Shown: piece after piece, positions 25,147 through 34,812 of the stretch
How positions within the stretch are numbered: the stretch's first letter is position 1
How the letters are laid out: each line of letters starts with the position of its first letter
From: Mantamonas sphyraenae STR306
Taxonomy: Eukaryota; Protista; CRuMs
NCBI GenBank assembly: GCA_026936335.1
Contig: JAPMXV010000044.1
Coordinates: forward strand, 434,001 to 498,000
Reading direction: 5' to 3'
DNA length: 64,000 nt
Notes under the pieces: model-generated
What the model saw: the letters and a program-made list of their open reading frames with translations, nothing else
The model's database searches: none
What the model was told of the DNA's origin: nothing
Program-made: the position numbers and the translations under genes

Positions 25147-26727
25147 ATGAGCAAACAGGGACTTGCCGTGACACGGCGAGTTTTGTGCATGGGAGGCGCG
25201 AGCACAGGTGTACAGCGCACGCCGAGCGTAGCCAGGAGTGCGCAGCAGAGGATGCCTCGAGGGTGTTCGTTGCGAATGGCAAGCAGTGGGAACAGTGCAC
25301 ATGACATGTGTGCACCGCACAGGGTGCAAAGCGCAGGGCAGCGTATGCTGGCGGCAGACTCTCCGCTTCAAAGGCCGTTGTGGATACCCCGAGGAAGCAC
25401 GCAGGGTGTGTTGACGAGGACAATGGCCACACACGTTGGAGGAAGTGAGCAGGGCCGGGCAGTTGGAAGAGGGTGGAGAGGATTGGTGAGTGCACAAGGG
25501 AGCACGCGGGAGAGCGAGCCGGTGGGTCTAGCTCAGGTTCTTTTGATTGCAGGTGCTGTGGGAACCACATTTGCCGTGTGGGAAGGACAGCGTGTGCGTG
25601 AGAGCGTGGACACAAGGCCAGCAGAGGGTCACGAGGCAGGTGAGCGAGGGTCGGAAGCGGAAAGGAAATCCTCGGAACGACTCACGGCGGCCTCAAGCAC
25701 GGAGCACGTGGCAATTGGCGTTCCCGTGGCGATGAGTGCAGATGAAGCTGCGCAAGGGGGTACGTCGACGACGACGACCGGTGTGGAGACGACAGTGCCC
25801 GCTCGCTCGCGGCCGTACTTGTCTCCGAATTTCATCGCAGACGCGGCAGCAGAGGTGATGCCTGCGATGGTGCACATTTTGTCGCGGACACGCACGAGTG
25901 CAGGGACAGGAAGCGGATTTGTGTTTGCGACGAAAGGGAATCGCGGGCGGATTCTGACGAACGCTCACGTCGTTCGCAGTGCGCGATACGTGGAGGTGGT
26001 GACGAGTGATGGACGACGTTGCCAGGGCAAAGTGCAGTTTGTAGACCGGGAGAACGATGTGGCTGTGGTGGAGGTGAGCCACCCGGGCGGGTTCATTGCA
26101 GCCAAAATTGGGAATAGCTCCGATGTGCGTCTGGGCGAGTGGGTGGTTGCTGTAGGGTCGCCCATGGCATTTAGCAACACAGTGACGGCAGGAATTGTGT
26201 CTTCGGTCAGTCGTGAACTGCAGCTCGGGGTCCGGGCAGCAGAATTTCTGCAAACGGACGCGGCCATCAACGCGGGCAATTCCGGGGGCTGTGTGGTCAA
26301 CATCGACGGTGAGGTGGTGGGGATGACGACATTGAAGGCGGAGGGGGAAGGGATTGGCTTTGCGATCCCGATCGATCGTGTGATGGACGTGGTTGCGACG
26401 ATGACGCACGTGGGACGCGTGAAGAAGCCATACCTTGGCATGCGCGTGGTGATGCTGAACCAACGGGTCATGGAGCGCATGCGTGAGCAGGAAGAGGCAT
26501 TTCCGCGAGTGAGCTCGGCTCTGGCAATCAACGACGTGGAGGAAGGGTCGCCCGCGGCATTGGCAGGCCTTCGCGTGGGCGATGTCATCGTAGGAGATGC
26601 GTGCACCGTGTGTTTGCGTCGCATGAAGGTGGGCACGACCTGTGTGGTGGATGTCATCCGTCGCCAAGAGGCCGGCGGACTGGTTGCCTTTCGGGTGAAG
26701 TTGACCGCAGTGGAGCGACGAGGATGA
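25147..26727 (+). CDS. HtrA/Omi-family serine protease with PDZ domain; start codon uncertain (25147 or 25423)
   Basis: GSGFV, ILTNAHVV (His), DVAVV (Asp), LQTDAAINAGNSGG (Ser), GIGFAIP; PDZ segments PYLGM and SPAALAGLRVGDVI. The N-terminal presequence and hydrophobic segment resemble HTRA2. Confidence 0.92.
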   Translation: MSKQGLAVTRRVLCMGGASTGVQRTPSVARSAQQRMPRGCSLRMASSGNSAHDMCAPHRVQSAGQRMLAADSPLQRPLWIPRGSTQGVLTRTMATHVGGSEQGRAVGRGWRGLVSAQGSTRESEPVGLAQVLLIAGAVGTTFAVWEGQRVRESVDTRPAEGHEAGERGSEAERKSSERLTAASSTEHVAIGVPVAMSADEAAQGGTSTTTTGVETTVPARSRPYLSPNFIADAAAEVMPAMVHILSRTRTSAGTGSGFVFATKGNRGRILTNAHVVRSARYVEVVTSDGRRCQGKVQFVDRENDVAVVEVSHPGGFIAAKIGNSSDVRLGEWVVAVGSPMAFSNTVTAGIVSSVSRELQLGVRAAEFLQTDAAINAGNSGGCVVNIDGEVVGMTTLKAEGEGIGFAIPIDRVMDVVATMTHVGRVKKPYLGMRVVMLNQRVMERMREQEEAFPRVSSALAINDVEEGSPAALAGLRVGDVIVGDACTVCLRRMKVGTTCVVDVIRRQEAGGLVAFRVKLTAVERRG

Positions 26728-26745
26728 GGAGCAATGCGCTCATGG

Positions 26746-28008
26746 TCATTGTTCATTGCTGTGCAGGAACCAAATGGTGGACAGTTGCCGGACGATGTTC
26801 ATGATCACCTCCACGGGGAGCATGTTGAGGGGCAGTTCGTTGCCTGCATCCTCATCGCGTGCGTTGAGCAAGAGGAGGTGGCGCACGTTGTCACGAAAGG
26901 CACGTGGCCACTGCATGTGATTCTCAGTGGACCATTCCACAGGGTACCAGTGTTGCATGGCCTGTTCGATCACGATGGACCCCATCACGCAGAGGCGTCC
27001 GTTGCTGGCACCGGTTTTGTGCGTGAAAAGATTGCTGGAGATGGTTTGAACTTTGTCATTGGTGTCAGTCAGAGTGAAGGAGCCGCCCTGCAGCGCACCT
27101 GCTTTCTCGTCCTCCAGGGCAATGGTGCCGGAGCCGAACAAAATCATGTTGTTGAAGACCAGCTGCGGCTGGTCATAGCCTTTGTTGACGGCAGCTGAGA
27201 CATCCATTTGCTTCCAGGTCAACGGCTCTTCCATGTCGTGCACGTTGTCGATGTCGAGGGCCCACAGATCGGATTTCGAATCGTTTTGCCAGCCACGGAA
27301 GACGAGGAACCAATCGTGCACTTGTGAATCGAGTTGTGCAATGACACCGTGGTAAGTCATGCCAAGAGCACGGTCGCGTGCGTCGGGTGACCTGTTGTCC
27401 GTGAGACGAGGCAGAAGATCATCGAGCACAAACGCATCCCGGGTGCCCTCCTCGAAGCGCAGGAGCCACAGATCGCTGAGGAATCCGTCTCCAAAGCCGC
27501 CAAAGATGATGGAGCCTCCCTGGAGAGCGGGAGAACATGTGGCGGCGTAGCGCTTCGAGAAGGCGTTGTGGTTGCGAGGAACGATGGTCGCCACCGTAGC
27601 GCTCTGCTTCTCCAGATCGATGCGAAGAGCCTTCATATGGTTTGTTCGACCACCAGTTTCGCCACCGACGATGATGACGATGAGTTCATCGGGGCAGAAG
27701 CGGTCGTTGAAGGCAAACACGTTGCAGTCCGAAGGCAAAACCACTTGGTTTCCCTCTCTTTTCAGCTCCGCTTCGAATCGAAAGGAAGGCGACAATTCCG
27801 TGCCCTTGGCGAGCTCGCGAGGCACATGGACAACGGCGCCCTGGAGTCCGGTGTCCGAGGTCCTCCTGAGGCTGACAACGTGGTCGTTGAAAGGCACGTG
27901 ATACGCTTCCACAAAGTCGCTGCTCAAGCGCCACCAGGACGGATCCTCATCCTCTAACTTCATGGATTGCATCTTGCCAGCAAGCTGTGTGTCTGATGCC
28001 GTGGACAT
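26746..28008 (-). CDS. Kelch-like beta-propeller protein with a C-terminal F-box-like motif
   Basis: IIFGGFGDGFLSDLWLL, LVFRGW..SDLWALD and IIVGG repeats; C-terminal WSTENHMQWPRAFRDNVRHLLL..LPVEVIMNI. Confidence 0.6.
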   Translation of the reverse strand: MSTASDTQLAGKMQSMKLEDEDPSWWRLSSDFVEAYHVPFNDHVVSLRRTSDTGLQGAVVHVPRELAKGTELSPSFRFEAELKREGNQVVLPSDCNVFAFNDRFCPDELIVIIVGGETGGRTNHMKALRIDLEKQSATVATIVPRNHNAFSKRYAATCSPALQGGSIIFGGFGDGFLSDLWLLRFEEGTRDAFVLDDLLPRLTDNRSPDARDRALGMTYHGVIAQLDSQVHDWFLVFRGWQNDSKSDLWALDIDNVHDMEEPLTWKQMDVSAAVNKGYDQPQLVFNNMILFGSGTIALEDEKAGALQGGSFTLTDTNDKVQTISSNLFTHKTGASNGRLCVMGSIVIEQAMQHWYPVEWSTENHMQWPRAFRDNVRHLLLLNARDEDAGNELPLNMLPVEVIMNIVRQLSTIWFLHSNEQ

Positions 28009-28059
28009 GACTGCAAGAGGAAAATAGGATTTGTTTGGAACGAGGTGGGGGTTTTCGGG

Positions 28060-29127
28060 TCACTGGGTGCCGTCCTGCTCTTCCAAGCCATGTGGGACGT
28101 CCCCTACTTCTGAAGGTGAGCGCTGCTGCTGCTGGGGTTGATCCACACCTGCTTCTGGTCGTGCAGGCTGTCGCTGCTGCTGCGCAGGGAGGACAAGCCG
28201 CTGAATGGCTTGCACAGGCTCACCACATCGATCACAGCAGTAGCCTGAATCGGCGAGCGTGCGTGCTCGCAGACAATAATAACAGTAGACACAGGCACAA
28301 GGGCGTGCGCAGAACGGTGTGCGAGCAGGGCCCGTGCAAGCGGAGCACGCGGGAGGGAGTGCCCTGTCGATAGAGGAGGAGGAGGAGGAGGAGGAGGAGG
28401 CAGGGGTAGGCTCGAGCGCATGCTGGGTGGGTTTGTGGAGGCCAAAGACACGTCGCAGCCAGCTGCGGATGCGCTGGGAATCGAGTAAGGGGAGGAGGAA
28501 GCCGACAAAGTCTGTAAAGGAGGCGCGCAGGAGCTGGCGGTTCATAAAGTCAAAGTTGACGCGTGCGTTGCTGGGACGACCAGCGTATACAAGCACAATG
28601 CCGAGAATTCGTTCGTCGAGAGAGCGGTAGCGTCCGGAGCGGAGAAAGGCAAACAAATTGAGCAGGCCGGCAACCCGCACAGCCATTTCTAGCCACGATA
28701 GGAGTTTGCACGCCCGGTACTGCCACGAATGTGGGTCTCTGTGTGCCCAGCCACGCAGGGAGGCCATGTGGGAGACGCGGTCGAGGGTGTAGGGAAGGAG
28801 AACGTCGAAGGCGACCTTGGCCCACTTCTGCACGGGGCTGAGGACGTTGTGGCGTCCCGTGTGGCCACGTGCGAGGGCATAGTCCTGCGCGGCGCGGCTG
28901 TCGGCCAACTTCATGTTTTGTGCGCCGACGCCGTAGGAGGGGAGGTCGTGCAAAGTGGAAGCGGCGGAAAGTGCAGCTGCAAGGGCTGCTCGGACTTCGG
29001 GGCCCCACTGATCCATCCAGCCGCCTTCGACAAGGCGGAACGCATCGAAAAACTCTTTACTGAGATGGGCACCAACCTCTGTGTCCAGTCGAAAGGCGTC
29101 CAGCTGGCGAACCTTGGGCACGGACAT
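28060..29127 (-). CDS. PEX2: Peroxin 2 (RING peroxin)
   Basis: N-terminal KVRQLDAFRLD; FLRSGRYRSLDERILG; NFDFMNRQLL; C-terminal RING containing VYCYYC. Confidence 0.9.
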   Translation of the reverse strand: MSVPKVRQLDAFRLDTEVGAHLSKEFFDAFRLVEGGWMDQWGPEVRAALAAALSAASTLHDLPSYGVGAQNMKLADSRAAQDYALARGHTGRHNVLSPVQKWAKVAFDVLLPYTLDRVSHMASLRGWAHRDPHSWQYRACKLLSWLEMAVRVAGLLNLFAFLRSGRYRSLDERILGIVLVYAGRPSNARVNFDFMNRQLLRASFTDFVGFLLPLLDSQRIRSWLRRVFGLHKPTQHALEPTPASSSSSSSSSIDRALPPACSACTGPARTPFCARPCACVYCYYCLRARTLADSGYCCDRCGEPVQAIQRLVLPAQQQRQPARPEAGVDQPQQQQRSPSEVGDVPHGLEEQDGTQ

Positions 29128-29169
29128 GGGTGACGTCGTTGTCTGCGCGCGGGCATTGCCATGCTGGAC

Positions 29170-31316
29170 CTACAAGGTCTGCTGGACGACCATGTGCAAG
29201 GATTGCGTGTGGATGGCTTCTTCGCTGGCGCGGTCGAGCATGGCTTGGGTATGGACGACGGTGGGAAGCCAGAGCGCCATGATGCCGACGAGGAGCATGA
29301 GAGCTAAGGACGGGAGGATGAGGATGAGGGCGAGGAGGAGCATCGTGTCTCCGTTGACACTACCAGAGGCAAAGGCGGGGTTGTCGAGCATAAGGGAAGG
29401 CGTGGAGAGGAGGATGACGCCTGCAAGGAAGGGCACCCACATGGCAGCGGAGACGCCGAGCAGATAGCCCGTGAGACGAGTGGCCATGAAGCGACCGATG
29501 CCAATGCGAGTGACAAAGGAGGTTGCGAGCGGGAGGAGGCGGTTGAAGCGCCAGCAGCTGCAGAAGGATTGGATGATGAGTGCAGGGAGGACGAGGTTGA
29601 CGAGGGATAGGAGGGGAAAGTACAGGGTGGGCAGAAGGGCGATGCCGTACGTGAGGAGCGGATAAAAGGCCAACGGCTGGCTGGCGACCTCGGGCAGGAG
29701 GAAGGCGAGGAGGATGGCGGCGACGCCAAGGAGGTGAAAGAGAAGAACGCACCAAGGTTCGACAGAAAACAGGCACATGGTGCAGGCGCTGATGTCCTGC
29801 TGCCTGCCAGCATTGTTCTTGCTGTTGGAAGCGCCGTTTTGGTAGCCGACAAGAGCAGGGCTGAGGACAGTGCGTTGGTTGAGGCGTGCCAGGCGGCTGC
29901 TGTGTGTTTTGATGGCGACCTCGTGCAGATCCACCGGGTTGGGAGGCAGCTTGTCGTTGGCACGTGCGCTTTTGTTGGACAGCGTCGAAGAAGAGGAGGA
30001 CTTGGATGCACGGACGGGAGTGACGCGGGCAGAGGGGCGGCGTGGGGCGGGTGGTGCGGGCGGTGCGTTGCTGCTGTTGCCTGCGTTTGCATGGGTGTTG
30101 CTGCTGCCGCTGCCGTTCTGCTTGTTCTGTTGCTTCCTGAGCTGGGCCAGTACGGGCAGACGACGGGAGTGGAAGCCCGGCTGCATGCGGTCGACGTAGG
30201 AGAGGGCGTCTGTGAGGCGGAGCGCGAGAACATGAGCAAACGTCTCGCCCCAGCCCAAAGGACCCAGACGAGAAACCACCTCGTCGTGGTTCTTGGGGGT
30301 GGGCATGGGCACATCTCGGAAATAGGGTGTGCCGTAGGCCTGTTCCCACAGCTGGGCGGTCCTTGCGGCGAGAGATTTGACCTGGAGTCCAAAGCGGGCG
30401 ACATCAAAGTCGAGGATGAAGCCGACCGTCTGTGGTGGTGGGAGTGGAGATCATGCGTGGAAGTGGAGTGTGTGAGCAGGGTTTGGACGGGGACGGGTGG
30501 CAAATGCACCGCTGAAGAGTGGGGGACAATGCACCTGGGCAATGCACAACGTACGCGAGTTGTTTCGTCGCCGTAGAGCCAGGGAAACAGCATGTGGACA
30601 ATCCAGACGAGTTCGATGTCGAGAGTGGGAAGGAGCACGGTGGATTCGGAGGTGTGATTGTCAGCCTCTGCGCGATAGAGGTCGAGGAGGGCCTCGTAAC
30701 GTGTAACGGCACCAAGCAGGGCACGTGGGTTGCTCGTGTCGAGACGGGCGTGCTTGAGCTTGGTGACGAGGAGGAGGATATGTTTGCAGGCACGAAGGAT
30801 CTTCTTCCCCATTGGGTCGAGCATGGTGGCGTTGTAGCGGTCCCAGGAGGCGGTTGTGGAGAGGCCGTAGGCGAGATCGTCTGCGTCTTCGTCATCGGCC
30901 AGCTGGTCGGCGTAGAGCTGAGTGGCCCGTTTGGTGGCTTCTGCCCGCTTTGTGTCGTCCCACTCCAGGACACAGTCGTGGTTGACACCCTTGAGAACCT
31001 TGATCGGGGCGCCAAGTTCAACGAGGAACTCGCGGTACAGGACTGGCTGGCACATGTGTGCGAGCCAGAGGAGGGAGGCATCGGGAGGCAGGGGCAACGA
31101 AACCTCCCAGAACGGGGCGCCCGTGCGCAGAGCCTCGTTGAGGGCGTAGTTAAACTTGATGGGGAGCATCTTGCGGTAGCGCAGCAGGGCGCGGACGAGG
31201 TTTGGCTCGTGGTCGTAAAAGGCAATGTCACACTGGTCCAAGAAATGCACCAGGGCAGGTGCAGCGGCAACCAGAGTCTCGGAGGCCACTCCTTCACGTG
31301 ACTGGGCTGAGGACAT
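29170..31316 (-). CDS. GRDP/DUF1399-like protein with C-terminal multi-TM region
   Basis: Exons 31316-30555 and 30429-29170. Two motif copies, PPDASLLWLAHMCQPVLY and LPTLDIELVWIVHMLFP, followed by TAQLWEQAYGTPY; several hydrophobic helices in the last ~170 aa. Confidence 0.65.
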
Positions 31317-31444
31317 GCGGGCGAGGGTGCGTTGGGGCCGGTGGGGCGGCGTCCGCACAGCCAACAACAGGAAGACATGGTGAGGAACGCACACAGTGGC
31401 GTGGGCAGACACGCATCGAGGTGGGCCGAGGAAGCTGACACAGA

Positions 31445-32443
31445 ATGGGACAGAGCTCGCAAGGGTTTTCCAACAGGACGCTGCAAGGCAACTGGTGGGA
31501 GGATCGGCAGTCGGCAGACCAGCTGGACAATGAAGCGGCCATGACGGAGCATGTGTGCGTGCGAGAGAAGGACGAAGACCTGTCCCATGCACCCATCATC
31601 AAGCGCAGGCCGCCGCACAACACAGACGGATTGATTACGCAGACGTCCGAGGTAAGCAGCAAAGGATTGGAGGGGGGGGGTGAAGAACGGGCGGTGGCGG
31701 CGCAACGGTCAGCAAGGAGTCTGGTTTCGCGCAAGGCGTCCAGTGCAGGACAGGGCTGGCTGGAAGGAATGGCACACAGCCATGACATACCGTTTTGCGT
31801 TGCTGGGAGAGGGTGGGAGTGGAAAGAGGAATGATCTACGAGCTGTGTGTGTGCGTGTGTTGCGGCGAACTGACCCCCGTCTGGCTTCTGGCTTCCGCAC
31901 GCCACACAGACGTTCTTTGAGACGACAAGCGGCAGCTCGTACAACGAGAGTGCGCTGAAGCCGTCGTTGAGTGCACAGCCTGGCAAGCTCGGGGAGTACA
32001 GGCCAATGATCACTCACGACACGCTGCACCAGGCGTTTGTGTCGCGCGAGGTGAAGAACAAGGACAAGAAGGAGTTTGGCGGGACGGAAATCAAGATCCA
32101 GGGGCGGATTGAGGATGAACACAAGCGATACTTTGAGACGACGGCCGGCTCGACGTATGGCACAGGCAGCAGCACCACGTTTGAGAACATCCAGAAAAAG
32201 TGGCGCAAGCAACCAAAGCAAGACCTGACGACCAGCGTGGTCACGGATCCAGAGTACTACAAACTGGACAAGAGCAACCACAAGCGCACGATGGAGAAGG
32301 ATCTGGAGGCGGAGAACAACAGTGGGACGCTGTTTGACCTGCCCGAAACGGAGCCGGCCGTGGAGAAGAACGGTCTGGGCAAGGTGTCGCTGGTGACACG
32401 CAGGTTCAACGTGGACACCTGTGAAGACAAGTTCTGCGAGTGA
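31445..32443 (+). CDS. Probable ciliary microtubule inner protein (CFAP107/CFAP95/CFAP68-like N-terminal motif)
   Basis: Exons 31445-31651 and 31910-32443. N-terminal FSNRTLQGNWWEDR and repeated (F/Y)FETT.GS.Y motifs. Confidence 0.55.
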
Positions 32444-32517
32444 TGGGAAAGGGCGAAAGACGCCGCGGGGAGGCGAGGGTTGTGTGTGTGGGGAGGGGGG
32501 GGGGAATTCGATTTTCA

Positions 32518-33129
32518 TCATCGGCGCCTCGCTTGCCACTCGTCCTCTTGGCGCTGTCGCTGCTGCTCTTGCTGCTCTTGCTCAATGGCCCATGGCTGAG
32601 TGGGTTCATCGCGCCACTTGTCGTCGCTCTCCCACTGGGCGTCATTCTGAGGGGCGTCATCAAATTCCCACGGGTGGTCGTCGGCGTTTCCGGGCTTCTC
32701 GTTCACCGCCCGCGAATCGTCACGGCCAACCCAGCCGTCGTCACGGCCGCCATCGTCGTCGTATCGCTCCACACGTCTGCGTTTGCTCCACACAGGCTCT
32801 CCTGCAGTCATGGCCCCGAGGGCAGCCAGCACACTGACGCCCAGCACGAGCATGAGGGCACCGTCAAACTTTGTTCCGCCTGTGGAATTTCCGCTCCTTC
32901 CCGGGGTTCGGTTCGCCGCCAACCAGCCGCGGGCAGCCTGGCGCGCGTTGCTTGCATTCCACCTATTTCTCCCTGGGTCATTCCCGGCCGACTGCGACAT
33001 GGCCCGCGTGACCACCGCTCCCGTAGCACGCGTGCTCCCCAGCGGAAGCAGCTGAGCCGACAAGCTATGCGACTGGCTACTTGCCACTGCAAGCACCTGT
33101 TTTCCTGCCCTAGCACTTCGTGTGAACAT
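32518..33129 (-). CDS. Hypothetical single-TM protein, possibly mitochondrial
   Basis: The ORF fills the gap between its neighbours. R/S/A-rich N-terminus (MFTRSARAGK), one hydrophobic helix, acidic Trp-rich tail. Confidence 0.5.
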   Translation of the reverse strand: MFTRSARAGKQVLAVASSQSHSLSAQLLPLGSTRATGAVVTRAMSQSAGNDPGRNRWNASNARQAARGWLAANRTPGRSGNSTGGTKFDGALMLVLGVSVLAALGAMTAGEPVWSKRRRVERYDDDGGRDDGWVGRDDSRAVNEKPGNADDHPWEFDDAPQNDAQWESDDKWRDEPTQPWAIEQEQQEQQRQRQEDEWQARRR

Positions 33130-33222
33130 CAAGAGGAGGTGGGTGTGGGCTGGATTGGTTTGGGAGGAGCGAGTGTTTTCGGAGCTGCCACAAAGCACAG
33201 GGTTTGATGTCTCTCACACCCA

Positions 33223-34791
33223 TCACTGCTTGGCCCAGCGAAGCATCATGCCAGGCATGGTGAACCCTGTGATGTTGTCGTCTGCGTCGGTCTGGAAAAA
33301 CACCCAGGAGTCAAACTGGGCGAGCAGCTCGGTGGCCATGCACTCCTGAACCGTCATGTCGATGGACATGGAAAACATCAGGTCTGCGTGCCATTCAAAC
33401 ACCACAGGCTGGTTCTGCACGACCAGAGTGCCTGTGGGGGACAGAGCAAGCTGCAGCGGGACTCCCAGGTCAATCTCCTTATAGGTGCCCACAAGTGACT
33501 TGAGCAGAGTGGCGTTGGCTCGGGGCTGCGTGTACTTCTGCTGTGCCACCACATAGGCCGACACATCGTCGAGCAGGAGATTGTAGACGGTGTCGAGCAG
33601 GGCAAACTCGTTGACGTTGGACCGAGAGGAGACGAGGTTCACCGACAGCGCCAGTTCGGCCACGTAGGACATAGCGGCGGCGTATCCAGGAACATTGCCA
33701 CCCTTGGAGCGGACGAGGTAGTTGCTGATTCGGCGCAACTCCCAGGGCATGCCAAAGCCGGTCTCGCCGTCAGCGTTGAGAAAGGCAATCTGGTGCATGG
33801 TGCGGATGGTCTCGGGAGCAAGGACCTGGGAAGTGCGCACTCCAGCCACTCCATGGATCAGCAGCTGCGTAAAGGCGTCCAGGTCGTTGATGTTGCTGAA
33901 CATCTGGCCGGCCGGCCTGTTCCAGCCAAAGTCGTACAGACCCACAGGCACGTTGGCTGCAGCGTAGCCCTGGGCCATGTTGGCTTGCACGTCTGCAGAA
34001 AAGTTGTTGCCTGTGCTGTGCAGGCCGAGCTGGTCCAGCAGGTGCGAGCGCATCGCCGACGTAAAGTCTGTCTTGGCCATGGCTGCGGCGGCATTGCCGA
34101 TGATCGAGAAGCCCAGGTTGCTGTAAGACGGATACTCTTGGGGCAGACGTACCAGGTAGGAACTGGCGATGTTCTGCAGGATCTGCGTCTCGGGCAAGTG
34201 GCAAAACGCCGTAAAGTTGCATGGCGTCTCACGTGGCAAGCCAGCAAGCTGTGTGGCTGCGTTGCGCCATGTCACCAGGTTCTCCTCGTCGTTGAACACA
34301 TTCTGTGGCTCACGGAACTGCTGCCAAGAGGCAGAAATGGGATAGTCCAGGCCGCCGATGCTACCCTGCTCGTGCAGACGCATCATCAACGCCGTGGTGA
34401 ACACCTTGCTCACTGAGCCGATGCGAAACTGCGTCGTGTCGCTTGGAGGCGTGCTGTTGCCCGCAGAGATGGTGCCAAAGCCAAACGTGCTGCGCGTGGA
34501 TGCGCCGAACGAAAGCGACATCCGCAGCGCGCCATAGTCGCCTCCGTCCTTGAATGCCTGTCCCACAGCCTGTTGGACCTTGTCCACAAGAGCGTCCCAG
34601 TTGGGAGGTGCGTCCATGTGGATGGCTGCGTGCGGGAGGCCCTGCGGTGGGCAGGTGGCCGCAGCTTGCTTGCTCGCTGCCACAAACGACTCCCAGCGTG
34701 CTCGTTTAAAGTGAACATCTCCACTCGGCAAGGCTTGGGCCACACACAACGTCACGCTGAGGCCAATGAGGAAAAGAAAGGTCGGACGCAT
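33223..34791 (-). CDS. Secreted beta-lactamase/penicillin-binding-fold serine hydrolase (LACTBL1-like)
   Basis: Signal peptide; FRIGSVSK (SxxK), YSNLGF (YxN), PAGQMFSN..DL and KGG motifs; intronless 522-aa ORF. Confidence 0.9.
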   Translation of the reverse strand: MRPTFLFLIGLSVTLCVAQALPSGDVHFKRARWESFVAASKQAAATCPPQGLPHAAIHMDAPPNWDALVDKVQQAVGQAFKDGGDYGALRMSLSFGASTRSTFGFGTISAGNSTPPSDTTQFRIGSVSKVFTTALMMRLHEQGSIGGLDYPISASWQQFREPQNVFNDEENLVTWRNAATQLAGLPRETPCNFTAFCHLPETQILQNIASSYLVRLPQEYPSYSNLGFSIIGNAAAAMAKTDFTSAMRSHLLDQLGLHSTGNNFSADVQANMAQGYAAANVPVGLYDFGWNRPAGQMFSNINDLDAFTQLLIHGVAGVRTSQVLAPETIRTMHQIAFLNADGETGFGMPWELRRISNYLVRSKGGNVPGYAAAMSYVAELALSVNLVSSRSNVNEFALLDTVYNLLLDDVSAYVVAQQKYTQPRANATLLKSLVGTYKEIDLGVPLQLALSPTGTLVVQNQPVVFEWHADLMFSMSIDMTVQECMATELLAQFDSWVFFQTDADDNITGFTMPGMMLRWAKQ

Positions 34792-34812
34792 GTTTTGTTT
34801 TCGTTGGGTTCA

